A DNA stretch of 32,000 bases. Source: Wallemia ichthyophaga EXF-994. Taxonomy: Eukaryota; Fungi; Basidiomycota. The notes below the pieces were generated by a model, which ran no database searches, was not told the DNA's origin, and saw only the letters and a program-made list of their open reading frames with translations. The translations under genes were made by a program, and so were the position numbers. The stretch covers positions 150,001 to 182,000 of the forward strand of contig NW_008806283.1 in the NCBI RefSeq assembly GCF_000400465.1, in the 5' to 3' direction. This document shows positions 9,668 through 20,150 of this stretch, piece by piece. Numbering within the stretch: the first letter of the stretch is position 1; every line of letters begins with the position of its first letter.

Positions 9668-11707
9668 CTATGCGGCAACAACTTGGCCGCCTTCAACAAT
9701 ACCGACTACTTCGGCACCCTCCTCGTTTTCAGGATCACGTCCACCTGGTCCTCTAGATTGCTTGCGTTTGCTAGAAGCACTTCCGACAGATACTCTGCGG
9801 CCGCGACCGTGATGCTCCTCTTCGTCTGGATTCACGACCTCCTCCGCTCCATCAGCGTCCTCCTCCTTCTTCTGAACATCTTCACCTTGAGGCAAGGGTG
9901 TCGGAAGGCGTACTTCTGGCGGAGGACCACTGAGGTCTACGCCTATGAACTTGCCATACTCAATGAGGTCAAACGGTTTTCTATTCTTGAGTGCTTGTGT
10001 GATGAGATCACTATTGTACTTCTCTTCTCTGCTAAACTTTGCTTTAATAACTCTGCGTGTACGACCTTTGAACAACATTGCTATCATTTCAAAGTCAGTG
10101 CCAAATCTACTAAGAGCCTTAGAGCAACGTGAGCGTGAGTGCTGGGTAAAGTCACATACTCACATCGTAGAACATTTCAGTCTCAAGTCTTGTCCATCTG
10201 TCTTGACGACCTCTTCCATTGCCTCTCCACGTATTGGTATTCACAAATCTATCCGTATCGAGTTCCTCGGTAACTTCATACGCCGAAGTGTCGTTACGAG
10301 AATGCGCAGAACGGTCGACAAGCAAAGACTGCTCATCTATAACAAGCTTTCCGTTGACCAATCTCATCTGCGGACCTTGCTGGTCATTTGTCTCGTCATC
10401 TTCATCGTCATCGGAAGAAGACTCATTGTTATCATCGCCATCAACTACTTCCTCCACACCCTCTTCAGCTTTCCTCTGATCTTTAATACGCTTCTTTTCG
10501 GCCTTCTTATCTTCCTTTTTCTTTCGTGTTGTTTCATCTCTCTCCTTCCTCTGCTTCTCTTCATCTTCGACGGTTCGCCTGCGACCTGTACCATCATCAC
10601 CAGCATCTTGTTTCAAATCTTCTTCATTCAATTCTCTCAATCTAACTTTCTCCTCTTTCCGCCTTTTTTTCATTTGTGCGTGTTTCTTTGTGACGTCAAC
10701 AACTCTACTACTCAGTCTGCCCACGCCGGGATCGTGAATGAGATCGGACATTTTGTAAGTACTTGTGTCTATTGGCTGAGCTTCCGGATCATCACGCCAA
10801 ATCTCCTCGATTGGTCTCTTTTTCATTCTCATCTTCTGTGTGCGTAACTGCCTAGCTGATAGCTTTGCATTATTTGCTTTTATCTCGGCTTCTTCAAGTT
10901 GATCGTCCTCCTCGCCATCATTCTTTCTCGTATTAGCGCGAGTTTGATTTTCTTTTTCTATTAAGTTGGTTTCTTGTTGCGATGAAGTGCCTACTTCTAT
11001 TCCTTGAGCTGGAGTTCCTCTGGTTGCTTGAGATGCTCTCGTCTGTAACGGATTTTGAGCAGCTCTGGTGTTAAGGGGAGCGGCTGATGATGTAGGAGTA
11101 ACAACAGCTCGCGTCTGAAGCGGCGTCTGTGATGCTCTTGTATTTAGAGGTTGCTGCGATTTTTCTTCCTGCTGTTGGTGATTGAAACGTTGATTGAAGG
11201 ATAAGGTGGAAGAAGCTCTTGATGGCAAGATTGGAGTTGGACCTTGCTTTTGCTGTGATGGTTGGGGTTGCTGGGATGATTGAGGGAGTTGAGGCTGTTG
11301 GATTGGTGCTGGTGTAGGTAAACCAGTAGCCTGCTCAGACTGCTGAGACCGCTGAGATTGCTGGGATTGCTGAGGTTGTTGGATTTGCTGTGTGGGAGCA
11401 GGTGTAGCAATTCCAGTGTTAATTTCCTGGCTTTCCCCAATCTGCTCAATCGCCGGAGTTGGCTGAGATAATTCGATATTCTCATTGGAACCTTGTTGGT
11501 GAATAGACTGAGGAGCGTCTTGCGTGGCTGGTGGAGTTGGAAGTGGGTGATCAGCATCTGTCTCTGTCTCTTTCTGCTTGGGCTTTCCAGGTGGTTTCCT
11601 AGCCTTGTTGTTCAATTTTGGTGGTATTTTAAGGCCACCCTTCTCTATAAAGCCAGATTAAACAGCTAATCAAATAACAAAACACACTCACTGATTCTAC
11701 CGCTCAT
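9668..11707 (-). CDS. BDP1: TFIIIB subunit B'' (Bdp1); introns 11645-11691 and 10118-10163
   Basis: Spliced SANT/Myb domain RWTRLETEMFYDALSRFGTDFEMIAMLFKGRTRRVIKAKFSREEKYN, preceded by KMSDLIHDPGVGRLS and GPQMRLVNGKLVIDEQSL motifs typical of Bdp1. Short first exon MSGRI. Confidence 0.92.
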
Positions 11708-11763
11708 TTAACTTGATAATTTGAAACCAAGATCGTCATCTTCACTTACTATCAACTCTAATT

Positions 11764-13408
11764 ATGATGAAAATTGTCAAATCGGCTAGTCGGGGGAATT
11801 TACAGCTTGGGTTAAGATTCATGAGCTCATCAATCCCCCACCAACGCCCAGATGCTCCTTCTTTCCCTTGCGTGGATGCGAATGAATCAAGAGCAGCAAA
11901 GCTGGCGACACAGGCGAATAAGCTTACATTCATCAAACAAAACAATCAAAATCAGGTTAAAATTGAAGACGTTGAGGGTGAGGGCCCAGAGCCCGTATAT
12001 GCAACTCCCACTCCAGCAACTTATCAGTCTTTCACTTCACACTATCCTTTACTCTTGGATTATGGCGGTGTACTCCCTAATTTCGATATCGCTTACGAAA
12101 CTTGGGGTTCTCTCAATCAAGACAAATCAAACGCTATTCTCCTACACACGGGTTTGAGTGCGTCATCACACGCCAAGTCTCATCCAGGCAATGATACTCC
12201 TGGCTGGTGGGAAAGATTCATCGGTCCTGGCTCAGATTATGCCATTGATACTGAAAAATTCTTTGTTATCTGTACCAACGTCCTCGGTGGTTGTTATGGT
12301 TCCACTGGTCCTTCTTCTCCCCACCCAGAAGATAGTAAACCTTATGGTACAAGATTCCCTATAATTACTCAATTTGATATGGTCAGGGCTCAGTGGAGAT
12401 TGATCGATAGCCTCGGTATTCACAAACTTTACGCTTCAGCCGGTTGTTCTATGGGTGGTATGCAGTCTATCGCTGCTGCACATCTTGAACCTGAACGTGT
12501 TCGCTCGATTATATCTATCTCCGGCACTGCTCGATCAGGTTCAACCGCTGTAGCCATGAGATTCGCTCAGAGAAGTTGTTTAATGTCTGATCCAAATTGG
12601 AATAGAGGTTTTTATTACGATGGTATGCCTCCACACACAGGCATGAAGATGGCTAGACAAATCGCCACTATCACTTACAGATCTGGACCTGAGTGGGAAC
12701 AAAGATTCAGCAGAAAGAGGAGAGTCACTCCCTTGTCAGATGATGAGATGGCTACGAATGTAAACAATCCAGGAGATGCACCTAAACTGTGCCCAGATTT
12801 TCTTATCGAAACATACCTTGATCATCAAGTTAGTCGGACTTTATCTATTGTGGAGTATGTCTGACACGTCTACAGGGAGAACAATTCTGTTTGAAATACG
12901 ATGCCAACTCATTGATATACGTTTCCAAAGCAATGGATTTGTTCGATATGACCAAACCAGCCCTGATGGACATCGATCAACACCGCAAGAGAAATGAGAA
13001 CAAGGTTAATAAGGAACTGCTTGGATCAAAAACATCGCACTCAATGGAACCGCCCTCACTTGATAGTGTGCAGGTCAACAATCGCAAACCATACATTTCA
13101 ACAGCCCCAGCAGTGCCATACGCTCAAGAGTTGACTGAGGGTTTAACAAGACTATCAAAGATACCAGTATTGATTATAGGGGTGCACAGTGATATACTAT
13201 TCCCATTTGATCAGCAAAGAGAGTTGGCTGATAGCTTGAGAAAGGGAGGTGATCCTGAGCGCGTGAAATTCTTCGCACTAGATGGACCGTGGGGACACGA
13301 TACTTTCTTGTGAGGTTGAAACAGTCTTAAGAATTTCAATACTAACAATAAACAAACAGGATTGATACATCCAATGTTGGTGGTGCAATTAGAGGATTCT
13401 TGATTTGA
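11764..13408 (+). CDS. cys2: Homoserine O-acetyltransferase family, Cys2-type serine O-acyl(succinyl)transferase, likely mitochondrial; introns 12829-12875 and 13310-13359
   Basis: Alpha/beta hydrolase with [10 protein letters not shown] (Cys2-type rather than Met2-type HAL(T/S)G), nucleophile GCSMGG and catalytic His in GHDTFL. Basic N-terminal presequence. Splicing extends the C-terminus to [15 protein letters not shown]. Confidence 0.85.
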
Positions 13409-13440
13409 GGATATCGTATTTTGTTGTAATTCTTTTGTGA

Positions 13441-13953
13441 TCAAAGGCCAGAGTTTGCAAATAGTGATGACAGCTCATCAATCTCACTCGACAGCTGTTT
13501 GATGGTGCTATCTTGCGGCCATTTAGCAACTAAATCATTTACATAGAGTTGTTCCATGTTGTATTCATCAATTAAGTCGCGTTTCTGAGTCAAATTAGCG
13601 CTGGATTTTAGTGGCTCACTCGCGCTTACCTCTAAATGTGTCTCCTGGTACCTACCAAACTCTTGAGACAATTTGTCGAGATGAGGACCAGCGTCTAATA
13701 CGAAGAACAAGTCCATCATTTTTTGAATAAGGTTGTCATTCTGTACGAGAACATCTTGTATACGCGGAATTGTATTATCTATTTCCGTTTTTAGTTGCAT
13801 TGCTGCTGACCCAAACTGAGTCTCCTCAAACGAGCCTGCATAGTCCTGCAAAGATCCAATCTGATCGATAAGGTTTTTGATGGCGGTAATTTGCACGCTA
13901 ACATTCTCGTCGTTTCTGTCTATTTGTTTGACTATGTTATGTAATTTGTCCAT
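13441..13953 (-). CDS. 170-aa coiled-coil protein, possibly dynactin p24/DCTN3-like
   Basis: Intact ORF with heptad-like composition. C-terminal DLIDEYN...VNDLVAKW resembles my recollection of the DCTN3 LLEEYN...SKQFVQW motif; family assignment is tentative. Confidence 0.6.
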   Translation of the reverse strand: MDKLHNIVKQIDRNDENVSVQITAIKNLIDQIGSLQDYAGSFEETQFGSAAMQLKTEIDNTIPRIQDVLVQNDNLIQKMMDLFFVLDAGPHLDKLSQEFGRYQETHLEVSASEPLKSSANLTQKRDLIDEYNMEQLYVNDLVAKWPQDSTIKQLSSEIDELSSLFANSGL

Positions 13954-14285
13954 TGGCAGTGATTGTTGTTGTTTAAAAGGGTTTATTACGGGAATGATTT
14001 GTAGCTTGTAGCCTGAAATTCAAATGAGCCATTCCTAGCTGTGCTTCCAGTGCTATCGACGTGATTAAAGTTTGGCGGTTCATAAGATTCAGCGGTACAT
14101 GTGTTGGTGGATATATCGGAATATTCCATAAAATTACTTTAGGTCCTTTTTGGCGCACAACTTGTTTTGGTCTGTGCGCTTGGTGCCACTCACAAATATC
14201 CCCTTAAAGAGAAGCTCAGCCGAGCAGCACAACCGCCGCTTAAATGCACTAGTCTGCTAATGTCCTTTGTAGGTATCTCTGATAG

Positions 14286-14324
14286 ACCCTAACCGCTCCC
14301 ATAAACTTGTATTAACCCTAACCC
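14286..14324 (+). promoter_or_regulatory. Two telomere-like CCCTAA motifs (accctaacc 14286-14294; taaccctaaccc 14313-14324) in a divergent promoter
   Basis: Read directly; the regulatory role is inferred. Confidence 0.4.
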
Positions 14325-14413
14325 AAAATGGAAATTCAATGAAATCACTCTTGATTCGTATCGGCCAACTCGTTCTAGCGGCGATCCAGATCAAGGGCAG
14401 TGTATTTTCAAGT

Positions 14414-17132
14414 ATGACAGACCTTAAGCTTATCCTACAAGTCTATTTTATCGGCGGTATTACTTTCATTCCGCTATTGTTGGTGCTATCCATTTCGGCG
14501 TTCATCATACTTGCCCCGAGAGCGAGTAAAGACCAAGCCAAGGAAAAGCCTAAAGTTTTAAAGCAGCCACTACAAGATTCTAAAGTCACCAAGTCTGGCT
14601 GGTTGCATTTAAAGCGTGACTTTGAACTAGATCCGACACTATCTGTAGACGAATCCTATGCCTCAATGATTATTGCGGGGTACAAATCTCTAGTAGAGAA
14701 CAAAGATGTACAGCACCGCCCTAAACCAAAAGCAAGATACATCTTCTGGGCAGTTCTCAAATCTCGCACTTTATACATATATACCGATGACAGTTGTGAT
14801 GAGATTGTCGTCGCACTAAATTTGGATTCCATCGATGTCAGCATTTATCCACCTGGATTGCTTGATGCGGAGTTGTTCACTAAGCGCACTGCCATCAAGC
14901 TACAAATAGATTCTAGTCACGGCGTTTCGAATGACTATATGGACAAGGAGAATAATAAGGATAAGGACAAGGATAGCAGTAATAGTGAGATTGATGATAC
15001 TTTGGACGTCACAAACAAATCCAAGCCTTACTTCATCCATGCCTTGAATCTCGTTGATTTCGAAGGTAAGTTTAGTATCAATGTCTATGAAGTCATCGTC
15101 TAACAAAATGTTTCAGACTGGTACCATGAGTTTATACAGGCTTCAGATCCAGCGAGCAATCCATACTCGGAACCGTACCCCTCATTTATCATCGACGATA
15201 TGAAAAGATTGGTTAGTAATATCGATAACGATCCAGATCCAATTCCCACCCGTTGGTTGAACGCCTTATTGGGCAGATATTTCTTTGGTATTTATCGTAC
15301 GCAATGGATAGAGGATTGGATTATCGGTCGTATCATGAAAAAGCTGAAGGTGGTCAAAAGACCAAAGTTTTTGTCAAATATTACGGTCACCGAAGCTAAT
15401 TTGGGTGATATGCCACCGAAATTCTCCAAACCGGTACTGAAGGAGTTGACTAAAGAGGGCGATGCTTCAGTTGAAGTACATGTGTCATTCAAAGGCTGTG
15501 TTAAGATTACACTGACCGCTACAGCTTCAATCAACTTAGGTAATAGGCTAAAGTCATACTCTGTCGATCTGGTTCTAGCTGTGGTATTAAGAAGTTTGGA
15601 AGGAAACATGATTATAAAGATGAAGAAGCCTCCATCGAATAGAATTTGGTATGGCTTTACGACTATGCCAGAAATGGAATTAGATGTCGAACCTGTCGTT
15701 GAAGATAGAAAGGTCAAATGGAATATGGTGCTATCTACAATAAAGGACAAATTAAGAGAGATGGTCAGTAAGATGAATAGTACTACTTTCAATCAGCTGA
15801 CACAACATTTAGATACAAGAAGGTTTGGTGATGCCAGCAATGGATGATATCGCATTTTTCGATACAAGCAATGAGATACACAGGGGTGGTATCTTCTCTG
15901 AAGCGACTAGAAGAGAAGGCACGAAATTTCCGCAAAATCGACCAGAATCAATCAAGCAACGTGATCAAGAAATACTGGAACACAGTGATAAGAAAGAATC
16001 AATTGCACCTACATCACTTGATGGAACAGATTTGCCTTCAGGACTGCCCGGTATAGACTTGACGACGTATGAAAAAGATGAGAGCGACGCTAATAATAGA
16101 GATGGGAACGTACTTGATTCGCAAACATCTTTAGCACCAGCACCAGCATCAGCGTTGGCGTCGTCATCGGCTTCTGTTGGGAGCACATCATCCAAGACCA
16201 AGTCATGGTTCAGTGAGAAGTTTAATAAAGATAGCTGGCTAGAGCATTTGAAGAGCCACAATACAAATCATCAAAACTCTTCGCTAGCTGACGGATCTGC
16301 TTCATTGGTCGGTAAGCATTTGAAGAAGAAAGAGAGTGGTGATGTCAGTGTTACCCACAGTGAAGCAGCTGTGTCTCCAATGAAAAGCGAAGAGGATGAG
16401 GAGACTGGCGAAAAGCTTTCGGTGAAAAGCGACAATAACGCAGCTATACCAATATCATCTTCATCTTCAAGTTCAATTTCAGTGTCATCAAAGGGGAGTA
16501 CGTATACAAACACACCATCATCTGCAATAGAAGCGCTGAAATCATCACCTAAACTGAATCACGCTAAAGATGCATTGAAGAAAATAAGTAAGAAAAAAAA
16601 GAGTCATGGTAGTGAAGGGTCGTTGAAGAAGAAGGCGAAGGATCAGAAGGCAAAGGGAAAAGATAATGAGGTACCTTTAATGAAACCAGCGGAGAAATTG
16701 AATGAAAGAATGCATATATCACGCAGTCAACCAACAGTTGAGTTGAATCTGTCTAATGAAACGAATGATAATGAAATTAATGAGAGTAGAAGAAGATCAT
16801 CAGTAACGACACCACCGAAAGCTTCACCAATGATGTCAATACCTGGTATACCAAGTGAACGGAAAGGACAGAGTAGCTCATCGCGTTCGATAGATTCACC
16901 ATCGGGATCGCTTGATAAAGTAGTTTCAGAGTCGAATGATCGTAGACAAGGGACTCACAGAATGACATCAAGCATTAGTAGTAATAATTCAACGTATGAG
17001 AATGCAACTGCTAGTATGTCTAGTTCACCTAACAGCAACAGGAGCAGTAGATCAGAGCAGTTGTTGAGTAGAATAAAATCAAAAGATAAAGCTAGCAGGA
17101 GTAATGATGATGTTAACAAAGAGGATTATTAG
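14414..17132 (+). CDS. NVJ2: TM-PH-SMP lipid transfer protein (Nvj2/TEX2-like); introns 15066-15116 and 15764-15812
   Basis: N-terminal TM YFIGGITFIPLLL, PH-like region (FWAVLKSRTLYIY...), SMP domain (PTRWLNALLGRYFF...KKPPSNRIWYGFTTMPEMELDVEPVV...VMPAMDDIAFF). Start placed at the second ATG; the in-frame upstream ATG at 14339 is an alternative. Confidence 0.85.
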
Positions 17133-17155
17133 TTGTACAAGTAATGAAACAAAGA

Positions 17156-17710
17156 TTAAGTATGTTTCTTGGATTTCTTCGACTTCGGTGGTTGAGATGT
17201 ATTTAATGAAGTTGAGGAATTTGATGAAGGAGGTTTTTCTTGATGAGAATCTGAAGAGCGTTTCTTGCTCTTTTTGTCTGATCTGAATTTTCTGTCATTA
17301 GAAGTCTTCTTTTCGGAATGATCGTTATCGAATCTTAAATGCTGAGATTGTTGGGGTTGCTCAGTGGACTTCTGTTGAAGCTGTAAAGCAGCTTTAATGA
17401 ATCTATCAGCAGCAGGCTTATCAACATTCAACTTGTGTTGAGGTTCCTGTGCGTGCTTAATCTTTGAGAATTGCAATTTAATTCTATTAAGTTCATTTGC
17501 GATAGAATGATCTGTTGTATCCACGCCTTTCAGATTTAGTAAAATATAAACAAGATCCTGTATAAAATATGCCAAATTAGCCTGTAATTCTGATTGTTTG
17601 ATAGTATCTAATTCTCCCAGGTATTCATCTAAGCTCTTGTCGCCTGTAATTGATTTCAAAATTTTATTAAATTCATTTAATTTTAAGGTGAACTCATTAT
17701 ACAGGTCCAT
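17156..17710 (-). CDS. RRP47: Exosome-associated C1D/Rrp47 (Sas10/Utp3/C1D family) protein
   Basis: LAYFIQDLVYILLNLKGVDTTDHSIANELNRIKLQFSKIK followed by VDKPAADRFIKAAL and a basic tail. Confidence 0.85.
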   Translation of the reverse strand: MDLYNEFTLKLNEFNKILKSITGDKSLDEYLGELDTIKQSELQANLAYFIQDLVYILLNLKGVDTTDHSIANELNRIKLQFSKIKHAQEPQHKLNVDKPAADRFIKAALQLQQKSTEQPQQSQHLRFDNDHSEKKTSNDRKFRSDKKSKKRSSDSHQEKPPSSNSSTSLNTSQPPKSKKSKKHT

Positions 17711-17734
17711 ATTGGATCAACGACGACGTTATCT

Positions 17735-18149
17735 ATGGTGTGTCAATGAGTTATCATTGAATATTTTAAATTCTAATAATTTAGTCCGAAAATCTTAATT
17801 ATATTCAAAATCAACAATTAGAGAGATTACACGCAAGATATACAGGTACTGGTAATCCTGATATATCCAAACAGTGAGCACATCTAACTTGTTATTATGA
17901 ATAATCCTAACCAATAAAATTCAGCGAATGGGTCACAAACCAACAAAGAGATACATTTGCTAGCATCGTCGGTCATCCACCTCTATCCTCGTATATGTCC
18001 ATAGCAGATGGTGAATCAATATCACGTACAAAGTTTAAAATGATACAGGTGAGTAAAATTCCATATAAACTCTTAGTAAATATAACTCAATGTACATGTA
18101 TTAGTCTATGATATCCCCAGCTGGTCCACCACCTCATAAGGATGATTAG
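17735..18149 (+). CDS. SF3B5: Splicing factor 3B subunit 5 (Ysf3/SF3b10), 86 aa; introns 17738-17784, 17874-17924 and 18049-18104
   Basis: Absent from the ORF track. Spliced product MSENLNYIQNQQLERLHARYTGTGNPDISKHEWVTNQQRDTFASIVGHPPLSSYMSIADGESISRTKFKMIQSMISPAGPPPHKDD matches the SF3B5 signature. Confidence 0.93.
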
Positions 18150-18316
18150 ATTTTCTATCAAGATGATATTCAACTATAAATTAACAACCCACCTGTATTT
18201 TAATAAATTTCCTCTACATTTACCAATTTCGTTAAATTTTACTTGAGTTACTATACGCGTCTCACTGCGCGCGTTACTGTCTTCAACTTATATCATCATC
18301 TCTGTTGAAATAAAAA

Positions 18317-20066
18317 ATGGCAACGACCTCGAGAAGGCAGAGCCCAAGACTGTCAACTGGCTTGTCGAATAACTTATCCAAGCAATCCTCTTACACCTTC
18401 TTAATGCCCTCGTTAGAAGACGATGAAGTAGATGTTCCACCTCCATCAGCTCCTTTACCATCACGCAGAAATACAAGGCAGAATAGCAGCTCTGATCTTG
18501 ACAGTAGAAAGAAGCCTAGGATTGATGTACGTCTCTTGATATCTCTCCAGTCTTCGTCTAACTTGATATCGCTAGCAGCCTTCACAATCCCAACCTCTAC
18601 CTTCAGATCAAAAAGCTCACAAATCTCCGCGATCGTCTAAAGATGACTTTAATTCCAAACAACTCAAGTCGAATCATCATGATAACCGCAAACTCCAACC
18701 TCATCAAAAAGATAGGCTAAAAGAAAAGGAAAGAGATAAGGAGAAGAAGGATGTTCAGGAAAGAAAAGATGCAAAAGATAAAGATAAAGCTAAGAGGCTT
18801 CAACTTCAACAGGATAAACCTACTCAGCGTAAAGATAATCAACTCAGTATTAAAGATCAAGGTCCTACAAAGATACCTAGGCCTTTTAAAATTCCTGAAA
18901 CTGCTACAAATAACGTATCATCCACTCCAATGAAAGCTCCTCAGCCTCAAATATCAAAACATGTCGATATCTCTGCACCTATGCCAGTCGCCGAAACTCC
19001 TCAAATAAAAGCAAATAAAGATTTGAGAAAAAGTAGGCGGTCTTCTGTAGGCAATAGAGGAAAGCGATCATCATCTTGGTCTAGATCAGGTATCATCGTA
19101 CCACCACACCCTGATCTCAACTCCACAGAGTTCTGTAGGCATATAGACGAAGATTTACCCGATCCAAGGAGGTTCAAGATTCTTTTTGAATGGTGCAGGT
19201 TTAGAGCATGTAATCCAGATGTCGTTAAACCTAGAAGATCAAAAAGAGTTGAAGAGAGTGAACTCAAAGAGCAAAAGCTTTTACTAGATGCAATAAACAA
19301 TAAAAAGGTTGTCAGCTTAGCACAAAATGTTGTCGATGATTGGGTAAAGTCGTTGTCTATCAATGCTCCACCTTGGATGCCACCAAAGAGCAACAAACAG
19401 AGGCAGAAAGCTAAAAATCCCGAAAATGAGAAGTACAAGGAGCTAATAAGGAAGTCTCAAGAAACTCTAGCAAAGTTAAAACTAGAGGATGAAACTTGGT
19501 CGAGGTTGCGATCAGATGCTAGGAAAGCTGAACAAGAATCTGTAGATGTATACAACAATCACTCGTCTTTGACAGAGATGAATCAAGACAATGACTTGGA
19601 GCTAGATCAATTACCTGAAGCTGTTCAATCTGATATTCGAGGTATACTCGACAAGTCAACGTCCGACAAAGAAACCATTGATCAGAACAACACGATTAGC
19701 AACCTCAATTATACAATATCAGAATTAGATCAAGTTTACCATCAGTCCTCATCATATCTAGAAACCTCGGAGATATATACAAACAACGTGATGACACATT
19801 ACCTAGGATTACTGAGATCTCGTCTTTCTCTAAACAAGAATGATGATCAAAATGACAACAAATCAGATCAAGAAAAGACGTTACCATCAACTTTAAATTT
19901 GGCAGCAAGCAACAATAATAACAAATACCAAGAAATTGATGCCTTGCCATTGCTCCGAGCAATTTCTAGGCCAATCCAAGAACAACCCAAGACAAACAGC
20001 AATATCAATGAAGATGAAGATGACCGTGCTGGTGAAATCAGTCTATTTTGGAGTAGAAAGGTTTAA
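18317..20066 (+). CDS. DSN1: Kinetochore MIS12/MIND complex subunit Dsn1/Mis13; intron 18527-18575
   Basis: RRSSVGNRGKRSSS...PPHPDLNSTEFCRHIDEDLPDPRRFKILFEWC and a later KNPEN motif. The intron joins ORF 18317 in frame to ORF 18930. Confidence 0.85.
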
Positions 20067-20150
20067 TAATTCCGTTCATTAATATTTTTACACTTGTACA
20101 ATTTATAATATACAGTAGAAACATTATTATGCGTGTCTTAAGTTTGATAA

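Noticed and set aside
9683-11557. Plus-strand ORFs such as 9945-10847 (300 aa, hydrophobic)
   Set aside because: Antisense shadows of the Lys/Glu/Gln-rich BDP1 coding sequence.
7527-11707. tRNA gene close to the TFIIIB subunit gene BDP1 as a feedback arrangement
   Set aside because: They are 2 kb apart and tRNA genes are numerous; nothing suggests more than coincidence.
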